A DNA stretch of 32,000 bases from Patescibacteria group bacterium. Lineage in GTDB: Bacteria; Patescibacteriota; UBA1384; XYA2-FULL-43-10. Numbering within the stretch: the stretch's first letter is position 1; each line of letters begins with the position of its first letter. The notes under the pieces are model-generated. The model was not told the DNA's origin and did not search any database. It was given only the letters and a program-made list of their open reading frames with translations. Positions 19,067 through 28,254 of this stretch are shown here, one piece after another. The stretch is taken from NCBI GenBank assembly GCA_041674405.1, contig JBAYVT010000001.1, positions 180,001 through 212,000 of the forward strand, in the 5' to 3' direction. The position numbers were made by a program, and so were the translations under genes.

Positions 19067-21139
19067 CTATTTCCGTTGCAATTTGATTGATATGTTTTTG
19101 TCAGAAATTAAGTCAAAATTAAAAGTTGCCGAATTTGTCTCCGCATTGTACTCTTGTAGATTTATCGGTACTAAATTTTCTGGAAAATGTAGCGTATAAG
19201 TAATTCTGTCGGCGTTTGCACCTGGCTGGCGTTGAAAAACAGCGGAGTAAATCAATCCATTTTGGTCAAAGTTATTTATTGGAAAAGAATAATTGATGGT
19301 AGCCTTACTTTCCTCTTTTGGTTTGGTGTTGATCCAAAAAACCATTTCGGGATTACCCGCCTCTTCGCTTGCCCAATAGGGCTGGCCATTTTTATAGCCA
19401 GAATTGCTATTTTGCTCAAAGTTACCGACAACCGGATCAAAATTTGTAACTTTCGAATTTGCTGGCAAAAGAACCCGTAAAAGGTTGATGTTGTATCCGT
19501 CTGGCCATTCATTCGATCCGTTATGAATGCGATTGATGATAAGAGAATTGTTTACTATTCCATCGCTACCAATAGTGGAATCTAATGATAAATTTTCCAA
19601 AATGTTTGAGCTTGATTTGAACCCATTCAAATTTGAATTATTAACATATAAATAATCGTTTCCCGTATTCAAGACCTTTCCGGCGATATTGTATTTTTCC
19701 AAGTCAGCCTCAATGTCTTTGTCAAAAGCGTAGAACATCATGTGCTTCTGGCTGAAAGAATCCGAGAACGTTTTAAATAAGTTTACAATTTCTGTTTTGT
19801 CGGAAAGTTTGGAAATCAAACGATCGACTACAGCCGGCATCATATCCGCAAGCATTTTTTTGGGCTCATTTTCCTCTAGTGCACCCGATTTGTTGAAATA
19901 ATCTTGGTGTACTTCTTTTTCTGTTTCCATTTCAAAATTATTTGCATCAATTATTTTCTCATAAGCCGGCAAATCAACCGGGCCAATTAATCGTAATATA
20001 TCCACGAAAGCAGATGTGTCCAATTCAAACACTCCATCAATCTTCTGTCCTGTTTCAGCTTCATAAAACCATTTAATTTTCTCAAATGCCTCGGGTCCGT
20101 CAACAGCCCATCCGGAATCCTTTAGTGCCCATGTCCCATCTCTGACAACCCACGAAAGATCATCCGGCGGTGCAATTTTTGTTGTGGCCTCAAATGCATG
20201 ATCGATTTTGTAAATATTCGTGCCAAAATCAATTCCATTGAACTTGCCATTTTCAAAATGTGCTACCCCAAAAGAACCAAAGGACCCGCCACTTCCACCC
20301 CTAAGTTCCGCATTGTTTTGAAAAATTATCAGAAAATCACGTTTTTGCCCATCTTTTGCCGAAATCCAAGGCAAGTCTGTAGAAACAAGTTTTTGAGAAG
20401 ATTCGATCGACTTTTTTGCCGAGGAAATTGCCGCTCGGGCTTTTTCTATACTATTTTTGAAGGATCCTAGCTGACCAAGATTTATTCTATTTAAAATTTT
20501 TTCACAATCCGATAATCTATCGGACGAATCTGAAATGGTTTTTGAAAATGCTTCTGACACAGCGGCAATATCAACAGCAAAATTGACGTTTTTGTCCTTT
20601 TTATCTTTAGCAAACTCTTCGGAAATTATTGCTTCCAAACTTTTTTGCGAGTCGGTAAGCGTATTTAAAATAATATTTGCTGCATCGAGCGTCATTTCCA
20701 AATTAACCGTGTCGGAATGTTTGTTGGAGATCAAACTTAAATAACTTAAATCCTGCCCCCAAGATTGGAGATTGAGTTTTATTTCAGAAATATTTGCTCT
20801 GGCTTTTTCAGCTTCGGACAGCGCCTGATCGATTTCGCCCTTGTTTAAGCTGGAAAACGCATTGTCTAAATAAATTTTAGTGTTTTCAACTAAGATTTCT
20901 ACTTTACTTTTAGCATCAAATGCTCGGGCAAGTGAAAAAGCTAAAAGAGATGTTAAAATTGCTACAGCAATACTTCCTCGTGCAATCGCCATTTTCAGTT
21001 TATCGCTCAGAATTGGCTTCTTTTCAAAATTTTCGGAACCATGCCAAAAACCATCATCGTAGCCGTCTCTATTTTCGTAAGATACGGCAATCGGTTTTTT
21101 TCTATTAGTCCTGATTTTGATGTCGTGAATTTTCCTCAC
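19067..21139 (-). CDS. DUF4012-family membrane protein
   Basis: N-terminal cytoplasmic tail and single TM, coiled-coil middle, then 'DFLIIFQNNAELRGGSGGSFGSFGVAHFENGK' typical of DUF4012 proteins in glycan loci. Confidence 0.85.
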   Translation of the reverse strand: MRKIHDIKIRTNRKKPIAVSYENRDGYDDGFWHGSENFEKKPILSDKLKMAIARGSIAVAILTSLLAFSLARAFDAKSKVEILVENTKIYLDNAFSSLNKGEIDQALSEAEKARANISEIKLNLQSWGQDLSYLSLISNKHSDTVNLEMTLDAANIILNTLTDSQKSLEAIISEEFAKDKKDKNVNFAVDIAAVSEAFSKTISDSSDRLSDCEKILNRINLGQLGSFKNSIEKARAAISSAKKSIESSQKLVSTDLPWISAKDGQKRDFLIIFQNNAELRGGSGGSFGSFGVAHFENGKFNGIDFGTNIYKIDHAFEATTKIAPPDDLSWVVRDGTWALKDSGWAVDGPEAFEKIKWFYEAETGQKIDGVFELDTSAFVDILRLIGPVDLPAYEKIIDANNFEMETEKEVHQDYFNKSGALEENEPKKMLADMMPAVVDRLISKLSDKTEIVNLFKTFSDSFSQKHMMFYAFDKDIEADLEKYNIAGKVLNTGNDYLYVNNSNLNGFKSSSNILENLSLDSTIGSDGIVNNSLIINRIHNGSNEWPDGYNINLLRVLLPANSKVTNFDPVVGNFEQNSNSGYKNGQPYWASEEAGNPEMVFWINTKPKEESKATINYSFPINNFDQNGLIYSAVFQRQPGANADRITYTLHFPENLVPINLQEYNAETNSATFNFDLISDKNISIKLQRK

Positions 21140-21183
21140 ACCCCTCGCCTCATATTAGTTTCTGACTTTTAGTTTTTGGCAAC

Positions 21184-22287
21184 TCATTTTGAATTAGTAT
21201 TAGTATAGCTAGAAACTAATTTATCAATCGTTGTCTTGAATTCGTTCCTGAATCTTTCCGATGAGAATTTTTCGGCATGCTTCCTGATTTTTGTAGTATC
21301 GTATTTCTTTGGGTCAAATGCTTTGACTGCAGCAATTAATGAGTCTGTTGTTTGTTCGGTAAAAAATTCGCCTGTTACACCGGGCACGATTGTTTCCGCT
21401 GCACCGCCAATCCCATAAGCAATCACAGGCCGGCCGGATGCCATCGCCTCTACTGGCACGATTCCAAAATCTTCTTCGGCCGCGAAAATGAACGCTTTCG
21501 CTTCACAATAGTATTTTTTGATCTCATCATCACTCAAAAAACCCAGAAACTCAATATTTTTATTTGCCTTTTTTGCCAACGCTTCCTTCTCTGGCCCGCG
21601 GCCGATAACCTTGAGCGGAAGCCCCAACTTATTGAAAGCATCAATAACAAGATCACATCGTTTGTACCCGACAAGCCTGGAAACAAACAGGAAATAGTCT
21701 CCGGTTTTGCCATTTTTGTCTGGTGAAAATTTTTCAACATCAACCGGCGGATATACGACCACACTATCTCGATGGTAAAATTTTTTGATTCTTTTAGCTA
21801 CATAATGTGAATTTGCAATGTAATAATCGACTCGTTCAGCAGCGGCGATGTCCCAGATTCTATTTTTGTGCGCCACTTTTTTCCGAAGACCCGACAGGAA
21901 CCCTTTACTAGCCCTGGGATCTACCTGTGGTTCCCACAAATACCGAGATGGCGTATGACAATAGCATATGTGTACGGTATTCGGCTTTGTAATTATGCCC
22001 TTTGAGGGAAAACTCGTGGATGAAACCACAACATCGTACTTGGAAAAATCAAAGGACTCAAATGCAAGTGGGGTGTATGGGATCAGAAGTTCTCTTTTTG
22101 ATTTAAAAAACGGCCAATTATTTAAATAGCTGGTTTTGATATCAAATTTTGCAAATTCTTTGGCACCAACCGGATCAAATACCGAAGTATATATCGGAGC
22201 GTCAGGATAAATCTTTTTGACCTCAAAAAGAACTCTTTCTGCTCCAGCCATATTTGTGAGCCAATCATGGACGAGTGTGATATTCAT
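21184..22287 (-). CDS. Glycosyltransferase family 4-like (GT-B)
   Basis: 'MNITLVHDWLTNMAGAERVLFEV', 'FVSRLVGYKRCDLVIDAFNKL', 'FIFAAEEDFGIVPVEAMASGRPVIAYGIGGAAETI'. Start set to MNITLV (22285-22287). Confidence 0.92.
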   Translation of the reverse strand: MNITLVHDWLTNMAGAERVLFEVKKIYPDAPIYTSVFDPVGAKEFAKFDIKTSYLNNWPFFKSKRELLIPYTPLAFESFDFSKYDVVVSSTSFPSKGIITKPNTVHICYCHTPSRYLWEPQVDPRASKGFLSGLRKKVAHKNRIWDIAAAERVDYYIANSHYVAKRIKKFYHRDSVVVYPPVDVEKFSPDKNGKTGDYFLFVSRLVGYKRCDLVIDAFNKLGLPLKVIGRGPEKEALAKKANKNIEFLGFLSDDEIKKYYCEAKAFIFAAEEDFGIVPVEAMASGRPVIAYGIGGAAETIVPGVTGEFFTEQTTDSLIAAVKAFDPKKYDTTKIRKHAEKFSSERFRNEFKTTIDKLVSSYTNTNSK

Positions 22288-23686
22288 ACTTTCCGCCGAA
22301 TATTTCATAAATTATTAAACCGATCGTTTTAATCACAATTTTCATATCAAACCACAAGCTCCAATTTTCAATATAGAACATGTCATATCTCACCCTCTCC
22401 GGAATAGAGGTGTCTCCTTTTAAACCATTGACTTGCGCCCAACCGGTAAGGCCTGATTTGACCCTGTGTCGCTTATAATATTCAGGAATTTCTCTCTCAA
22501 ATTTTTCTACAAAGGTTGGTTGTTCCGGACGAGGCCCAACAAAACTCATATTACCTATCAATATATTCCAAAACTGGGGCAATTCATCAATGTTTGTCTT
22601 CCGAATTATTTTACCAAGAGGAGTAATTCTGTTCTTTTCATCTTCGGCCGTAGTCCATTTGGCGCCGCCATCTTTAAAATCACATTTATCAATGTACATC
22701 GATCTGAATTTATAAACTTTGAATTTTTTTCCATCGCGGCCAATACGATCATGAGAATAAAAGATTGGACCCCTTGAGGTCAGTTTTTCCAACAGCACAA
22801 TTATTAGCAAAATCGGGGACAAAACGATAAGTAATAAAGCAGAAAAGATAATGTCACAGATTCGCTTAATGATTCTACCCCAGCCGTCCAGAGCAATCGT
22901 TTGGACATCAAGAAGTGGCATCGACCCGATTGTGTCGTTTTTGACGCTTATGGTCATTGCGCCAAATATTGAGGGAACAAAGCTCAAAGCTATAGACCTA
23001 TCGCTGCAAGTTTCTATAATTTGCGCGATTTTAGTTTGTGAGAGTTTAGATTCCGATGCGATGACTTGGTCGATTTGTTTTTCAGAAATAATTTTTGAGA
23101 GCTCAGACAGATTGCCAAGATATTTCAGGGCCTCACCAGATCTTTCATCGTCTGATGCAACCCCAGCCACCCGCATACCTAAGGAAGGATTTTTTCTGAT
23201 TTCATTTGCCACAAACGAAGTGACATTATCTGCACCAATTAAAAGTATATTCCGGCGCCCGATTCCAAATTTTAAAAGATAAATTTGAAGCTGGTCTAGA
23301 AGCATTCTGCCAAATGAAATCAAAATTATGCTAAATGCCCAAGTTAAAAGCAAAATTATTCTTGAAAAAAATGTGGTTTTCGAAAAAAACAAAATCATGG
23401 TCAAAATAAGTATAACCACAGAACTTGAAATAAAAATTTTGAATAAATCGGAAAACGGGTTTCGGTCTGCTCTTTTTCTATACAAACCAAAGGCGGCAAA
23501 AATAATTATCCAAATGGGAATGAGATAGAGTGCATACTGAAGGTATTGCCAAAATCCATTGCGATTAAACGTTTCGCCAATTTCAAGGTTTATTCGAAGC
23601 AAGTAAGAAAATGCAAAACCAGCGATTATCATCGCGATATCCAAGGGAAGCAAAACGAATATAAAAAATAATTCGGCTTTCTTCAT
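22265..23686 (-). CDS. Exopolysaccharide polyprenyl-phosphate sugar transferase (WcaJ/WbaP-like)
   Basis: N-terminal TM helices plus 'KRICDIIFSALLLIVLSPIL', 'GPIFYSHDRIGRDGKKFKVYKFRSM', 'KTNIDELPQFWNILIGNMSFVGPRPE', 'KSGLTGWAQVNG'. Confidence 0.95.
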   Translation of the reverse strand: MKKAELFFIFVLLPLDIAMIIAGFAFSYLLRINLEIGETFNRNGFWQYLQYALYLIPIWIIIFAAFGLYRKRADRNPFSDLFKIFISSSVVILILTMILFFSKTTFFSRIILLLTWAFSIILISFGRMLLDQLQIYLLKFGIGRRNILLIGADNVTSFVANEIRKNPSLGMRVAGVASDDERSGEALKYLGNLSELSKIISEKQIDQVIASESKLSQTKIAQIIETCSDRSIALSFVPSIFGAMTISVKNDTIGSMPLLDVQTIALDGWGRIIKRICDIIFSALLLIVLSPILLIIVLLEKLTSRGPIFYSHDRIGRDGKKFKVYKFRSMYIDKCDFKDGGAKWTTAEDEKNRITPLGKIIRKTNIDELPQFWNILIGNMSFVGPRPEQPTFVEKFEREIPEYYKRHRVKSGLTGWAQVNGLKGDTSIPERVRYDMFYIENWSLWFDMKIVIKTIGLIIYEIFGGKYEYHTRP

Positions 23687-23744
23687 AAATGTAACTTGAT
23701 TCTAGCTTATATGATACCATTATTCAATAATTCGCCGATAATTG

Positions 23745-23847
23745 GACGATCGTCGATATTTCGACGATAGCTGAAATGAAAAAAGCTCGCGTCTCACAAC
23801 TTTTTCATTAGGCTGAAATGAAAAAAGCCTTATTCAGGCTTTTTTCA
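23745..23847. repeat. Compound intergenic repeat element: palindromes, duplicated terminator-like arms
   Basis: GACGATCGTC 23745-23754; ATCGTCGA-TATT-TCGACGAT 23749-23768; direct repeat GCTGAAATGAAAAAAGC 23770-23786 and 23812-23828. Confidence 0.8.
23819..23847. terminator. Bidirectional intrinsic terminator
   Basis: TGAAAAAAGCCT-TATTC-AGGCTTTTTTCA, 12-bp perfect stem with T-run. Confidence 0.93.
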
Positions 23848-23879
23848 CTATCAAAAACAAAAATTAAAAGAGTCTTTGA

Positions 23880-24026
23880 TTAGGCGGCTTTTCCGATTCG
23901 GAAAACCTTAGTACCACATGCTGGGCAGACGCCTCTTGTTGCTGGCTTGCCATTCTTCATGGTAATTTGCTCAGCTGACTGCATCTCAACCTTTTTGCGG
24001 CATTTAACGCAATATGCTTGTGCCAT
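23880..24026 (-). CDS. DUF5679 small zinc-ribbon protein
   Basis: 'MAQAYCVKCRKKVEMQSAEQITMKNGKPATRGVCPACGTKVFRIGKAA', two CxxC; SD AAGGAGGTG just upstream; start corrected from 24080 to 24026. Confidence 0.9.
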   Translation of the reverse strand: MAQAYCVKCRKKVEMQSAEQITMKNGKPATRGVCPACGTKVFRIGKAA

Positions 24027-24078
24027 TTTCTTCACCTCCTTCCGTGTGGGATTTTTACTTATCTTACGTACATAAACC

Positions 24079-24108
24079 ATTGTATTAGGCGTGGATCACG
24101 CTTGTCAA
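24079..24108 (-). promoter_or_regulatory. Promoter upstream of DUF5679 gene: TTGACA-18-TACAAT with inverted repeat GCGTG-atc-CACGC in the spacer
   Basis: Plus-strand TGTCAA 24103-24108, ATTGTA 24079-24084; inverted repeat 24089-24101. Confidence 0.65.
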
Positions 24109-24303
24109 GCACTTTTTCAAAAGAAAATTTTACTTTTTTGCCACAGAAATATTCCAAGATATAATATTGGCTCTCATATTGGCTAATTACGATTAAGATA
24201 TAAAATGCATATAGCTACAATAAATTTACTACCATTGTTGTTCCCGACAGAAAAACAAAAATGCAGCAAGAGCCGCATTCTTGAATGTTGCACAATATTC
24301 TGT

Positions 24304-24747
24304 CTATTTCTGATTATATCCGACAATATTTGCCAGTTCCTGCAAAGATTTATCACCGGAATATTTTGTTCCGTTGTAAATCCAGGTCGGGTATCCCTCT
24401 ATGCCCTTGGCGACACATTCGTCTGGATTTGCATCCGGTCCTGAAGCATCACACTCTACATAATCAACATATTTAAAGGCATCTCCGAATATTTCCTTCT
24501 GGCTTTTGCAATGAGGGCACCAATATGCCCCATACATTACCATTCCTTGAGCTGTCATGTATTTTGCAAGTCCAGTGGCGAAATCCTGATCCTCTGTGGT
24601 CACCCCTGCTACATTACCTTCGCCGGAATTGTCCGAATTTGCTTGTTCGCTGCTAGATTTTTTATTGGAATAAAACAAAATAACCAACCCAATTATTACA
24701 ATAATCACTGCGATAAATACGAATAGATATAGTGGTTTGTTTTTCAT
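24304..24747 (-). CDS. Membrane-anchored thioredoxin-fold protein (CPHC motif)
   Basis: N-terminal TM; 'MVMYGAYWCPHCKSQKEIFGDAF', 'IEGYPTWIYNG'; resembles the thioredoxin-like domain found with VKOR-type proteins. Confidence 0.85.
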   Translation of the reverse strand: MKNKPLYLFVFIAVIIVIIGLVILFYSNKKSSSEQANSDNSGEGNVAGVTTEDQDFATGLAKYMTAQGMVMYGAYWCPHCKSQKEIFGDAFKYVDYVECDASGPDANPDECVAKGIEGYPTWIYNGTKYSGDKSLQELANIVGYNQK

Positions 24748-24769
24748 ATTCTCCCTTTCTGAATAAAAT

Positions 24770-25381
24770 TTATATGCTGCTACCCAAAACTATATCGCTG
24801 GTTTCAACAAATGTAAATACGCCATTTCGGTATCTATAAGTGGTGCGCAAAGCGTCGGATAACGGATCAAGTTCATAATTTCTATTATCAACATGAATCA
24901 AGTTTAAATCATGGTTAATAGCAAAATTCGGCTCATCCGACACCATATTTGCGGTTTCCCCACTCTCAGTTTTGAATTTAACCACATCAATTTTTCTGTC
25001 TTTATATGCCACAAATTGAATATTTTGGCTATGAGCGCCAACATTTCCAATCAGGCACAATAAGTTATCGTCGGAAAAATTATACGACACTGGATCACAA
25101 AATTTCACCTCATCCTGAAAACCGCTTAGTGAAACTGACTGAGCAAGAAACCATGATTTCGAAATGGTAAGAATAAATATCGTATTGTCGCCCTCTTTGT
25201 AGCTTTTCAAGCTGACCGATTCATCTTTCTTGTCTTGATCCAGGTTAAGATGGATAATCTTTTCTGAAACGATATCTCCCTTTGGTACATTTCTGGAAAG
25301 ATCGCCCCTGAAAATAAAAACTAGCGAGGCTACCCCCGCCAAACATATGATAAACGCCAATAAATATATTTTTCTATTCAA
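24770..25381 (-). CDS. Hypothetical membrane-anchored protein
   Basis: N-terminal TM 'IYLLAFIICLAGVASLVFIFRG', secreted-looking remainder; overlaps upstream gene by 4 bp. Confidence 0.75.
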   Translation of the reverse strand: MNRKIYLLAFIICLAGVASLVFIFRGDLSRNVPKGDIVSEKIIHLNLDQDKKDESVSLKSYKEGDNTIFILTISKSWFLAQSVSLSGFQDEVKFCDPVSYNFSDDNLLCLIGNVGAHSQNIQFVAYKDRKIDVVKFKTESGETANMVSDEPNFAINHDLNLIHVDNRNYELDPLSDALRTTYRYRNGVFTFVETSDIVLGSSI

Positions 25382-25884
25382 AATTGCCCTTCCAAAATTA
25401 CAACTCCCGCTGCTTCCCCCATATTGTTTTCGCGATATACATATATATGATCATAACTACTCATGTCTTCACCCTTGCGATATTCTAGGTAGTACGTGCC
25501 ACCATCATCATCCAATTTTCCAAGAAACAAAGGTTCGGACGATTCATTGGCTGATTTGTATGCCCATCCTTCATATGACCACCCTTGTTCTAAATTTGGC
25601 AACTGGGCATTGATAGTCAGTATAAACTCACTGTTTGCATAAACCCTTCCAGATATTCCACTCGCTTCAGTCCCCACCGCTTTTAGATTTATTTTTTGGG
25701 GAGAAGGAGCTACATTTGTTTGGTCTTCGTCTTTCGAATTATCTTCGTCTGATGAAACTGGACCATTTGACACTAGGGATCTCTCATTTGAAGTCTTCTG
25801 GTCATAAAGATATAGCCCACCCCCCAAAAGGAGTGCGATTATTGCGACTGCGAGAGCAATATTTGATGATTTCATTTTAACCAC
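25378..25884 (-). CDS. Hypothetical membrane-anchored protein; C-terminal domain resembles the anti-sigma-K (RskA) C-terminal fold
   Basis: N-terminal TM 'NIALAVAIIALLLGGGLYLYDQ'; 'LPNLEQGWSYEGWAYKSANESSEPLFLGKLDDDGGTYYLEYRKGEDMSSYDHIYVYRE'. Confidence 0.7.
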   Translation of the reverse strand: MVKMKSSNIALAVAIIALLLGGGLYLYDQKTSNERSLVSNGPVSSDEDNSKDEDQTNVAPSPQKINLKAVGTEASGISGRVYANSEFILTINAQLPNLEQGWSYEGWAYKSANESSEPLFLGKLDDDGGTYYLEYRKGEDMSSYDHIYVYRENNMGEAAGVVILEGQF

Positions 25885-25992
25885 ACTGATTTTTAATCTA
25901 GCCAGATAACGATTGATGAATTTTATTTGTGATAATTTTTATTTAATCATCGATCTTAAGACTCTTCAGTGAGGGAATCTGAGACAAAAATA

Positions 25993-26187
25993 CTATTTAT
26001 TATCTTTATCTTCTTCGTTTTTCTCAGCGCTAACAATAATTTTCTTGTCCTTTTTGAGGAGGATTGAAATTCCAAGAAGAATTATGAATGCCGGCCATAC
26101 GATATTCCAGACCTCACCAGTAACATATCCAAGGTTTTGCAGAAGAAAAACAACTCCAACAACGATAAGCACAATTCCGAACCACAT
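25993..26187 (-). CDS. Small two-TM membrane protein (DUF5668/LiaI-like)
   Basis: 'MWFGIVLIVVGVVFLLQNLGYVTGEVWNIVWPAFIILLGISILLKK'; minus strand GGAAGGAGCGAAT before ATG at 26187. Confidence 0.75.
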   Translation of the reverse strand: MWFGIVLIVVGVVFLLQNLGYVTGEVWNIVWPAFIILLGISILLKKDKKIIVSAEKNEEDKDNK

Positions 26188-26324
26188 ATTCGCTCCTTCC
26201 GGGTAGTGAAAATTTGACCGCCGCATACGGCTAACTACCCACTATTTTATTATTAAAAATTGTCAAACTTCTGCTAACAGGCTTTTGCCTTCAACATGCT
26301 TCAGCTACATAATAGAATATATTC

Positions 26325-26930
26325 TCAATTATTAAAAGTTATTTTCTCATAAACAGCTCTTGTAGCTTCAACATCACGCTTACAATACTCAATAATTTCA
26401 TCGCCCTTACCAGAGAGGAAATAATCATAAACTTTTCCGCCATCAATCCCCTGCTCTTTCGGCGAAGCAATTCCCAAGATTAAGCTTAGCTTGTGCAGAC
26501 TTGTGCATCCATTGCTCCATTTTTCCCACTCCTTCATCGTGTCAAAGATCGGATTATTGCGATAACGGGCAAACGACAAATCCTTAGATGGTTTCACGCC
26601 AAGAATGATCGAGCGCTTATAAATAAACCTCAAATCAAAGTCTATAATGTTGTGCCCGATGAATAAATCAGCATTCTTTGCAAGTTCCCAGAACTTAATA
26701 AGAATTTCCCTTTCTTCGCCAGAAACACAATCCGTCGGTTTGTCATCGGTGGCATAACCGATGCAAAAAATTCTGCCAAACTCTCCCGAAAGTGAAGTTA
26801 AGCGAAAATAATCATCAAATGATATTTTTTCTTTTGTTGATTTTCTGCTCGTTTCTTCCCAAAGTTTTTTGAGAAGTTCTAATTTATCGCCGGCTGCCGG
26901 CAAAGTCTCGATGTCCAAAAATAGTTTCAA
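26325..26930 (-). CDS. 3'-5' exonuclease, RNase H-like DEDD fold
   Basis: 'KLFLDIETLPA' (Exo I DxE), 'IGHNIIDFDLRFIYKRS' (Exo II), 'YCKRDVEAT' (Exo III region). Confidence 0.85.
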   Translation of the reverse strand: MKLFLDIETLPAAGDKLELLKKLWEETSRKSTKEKISFDDYFRLTSLSGEFGRIFCIGYATDDKPTDCVSGEEREILIKFWELAKNADLFIGHNIIDFDLRFIYKRSIILGVKPSKDLSFARYRNNPIFDTMKEWEKWSNGCTSLHKLSLILGIASPKEQGIDGGKVYDYFLSGKGDEIIEYCKRDVEATRAVYEKITFNN

Positions 26931-27117
26931 AAGGCACCTTTCTTGTCTATTATGTAATATGTAACAACTAAAAACGAATAACCATCCGAAAATCAGTTTT
27001 GTTGATTAGTTATCAGTTTTGTTATGTTTATATTAATATAGCGCAATTTTTCTGCGATTGTAATATTATGTGTATATCCTGGTCTTTACTTAATAGTTAT
27101 TAGTTTTAAGTTTCATT

Positions 27118-27675
27118 ATGAAAACCGAATCTAAACAATTTTTGTTAAAAATCGCTCGAAAATCGCTCGAGAATTACTTTAGGGGCAAAGGAAAATTGAA
27201 AGTTGATGAATCTAATGCTCCGGCCGAAACAAATAAACTAGGAGCAACATTTGTTACGTTAACAAAAGATGGCGAATTGCGTGGCTGCATCGGTTCACTG
27301 ATCGCGAAGAAAAAAATATATGAGGACGTAATTAATAATTCACTCAATGCCGCTTTTTCCGATCATAGGTTTCCACAGCTTGCTGAGTCCGAACTTAATG
27401 AGATTAAAATTGAAATTTCGGTCTTGGGTGAGGCAAAACACATGCAAATCAAATCGCCTAAAACGTTTTTGGAAGAAATCGAAAGGAATAAGCCAGGTTT
27501 GATCCTACAGGTTGGAATGAACCAAGCAACTTATCTACCCCAGGTCTGGGAAGATTTACCGGAACCAAATGAATTTATGTCGACCCTCTCCCAAAAAGCT
27601 GGCCTTCTGGCTGATGCGTGGGCTCGTCCGGATGCCGAAATCTTTACATATAATGTCGATGATATTCAAGAGTAG
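27118..27675 (+). CDS. AMMECR1-domain protein
   Basis: 'GATFVTLTKDGELRGCIGSLIAKKKIYEDVINNSLNAAFSDHRFPQL', 'NQATYLPQVWEDLPEPNEFMSTLSQKAGL'. Confidence 0.93.
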   Translation: MKTESKQFLLKIARKSLENYFRGKGKLKVDESNAPAETNKLGATFVTLTKDGELRGCIGSLIAKKKIYEDVINNSLNAAFSDHRFPQLAESELNEIKIEISVLGEAKHMQIKSPKTFLEEIERNKPGLILQVGMNQATYLPQVWEDLPEPNEFMSTLSQKAGLLADAWARPDAEIFTYNVDDIQE

Positions 27676-27695
27676 TAAAAGATTTGAGATGCCAA

Positions 27696-28040
27696 TTATT
27701 TTTCCCAAATCGAGATCGTAATACATGTGCCGGCAAGAAAAAGCCAAGCCGGGATTATATATAGTACCCAGTACGTCCCTTGAACGATCGAAGTTGCAAG
27801 AACAAGAGCAAATAATACTCCGTAGGCAATGGCGCCTGCTTTTTTTGAAAACAATGCAACAATCAAGCCCGCAAGAAATAAAATTGTTGGAATAATTACA
27901 AGTCCGGAAAAAGCCGCATCATGGGTAGCCACATAAGATGCAATTACATACCAAATAGATACGGCAACAAGTAACGCACCGAGAAAAATGCCGAGCCAAA
28001 AAATTATCCCCTTTTTGCCTTTCACATTTTTTGAAGGCAT
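27696..28040 (-). CDS. Hypothetical four-TM membrane protein
   Basis: Hydrophobic segments 'GIIFWLGIFLGALLVAVSIWYVIASYV', 'LVIIPTILFLAGLIVALF', 'AGAIAYGVLFALVLATSIV', 'YIIPAWLFLAGTCITI'. Confidence 0.8.
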   Translation of the reverse strand: MPSKNVKGKKGIIFWLGIFLGALLVAVSIWYVIASYVATHDAAFSGLVIIPTILFLAGLIVALFSKKAGAIAYGVLFALVLATSIVQGTYWVLYIIPAWLFLAGTCITISIWEK

Positions 28041-28041
28041 A

Positions 28042-28203
28042 TTACTCCTTCGTGTAGATTGCCCAAACGCCGAAGACCACCGCCACTATCAACCATGAAG
28101 AGGCTGATAGCCAGACTCCGACTCCAAGCGCATCTAGAAGCGCTAAAACCGCAGCGATTACCGACAGCACGATAGCTGTCATTGAAAGTCCTTTGCTTTT
28201 CAC
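28042..28203 (-). CDS. Small hydrophobic protein absent from the supplied ORF track (53 aa)
   Basis: GTG start (plus CAC 28201-28203) preceded by GGGAGG; translation MKSKGLSMTAIVLSVIAAVLALLDALGVGVWLSASSWLIVAVVFGVWAIYTKE, TAA stop at 28042-28044. Confidence 0.65.
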   Translation of the reverse strand: MKSKGLSMTAIVLSVIAAVLALLDALGVGVWLSASSWLIVAVVFGVWAIYTKE

Positions 28204-28254
28204 ATTTCCTCCCTTTCCGCCAGCTGGCGGATTAACATAACTATCTACATTATA

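Noticed and set aside
24205-24476. Plus-strand ORFs 24205..24444 and 24285..24476
   Set aside because: They overlap the thioredoxin-like gene on the opposite strand, which has a clear CPHC motif and TM; no motif supports the plus-strand translations.
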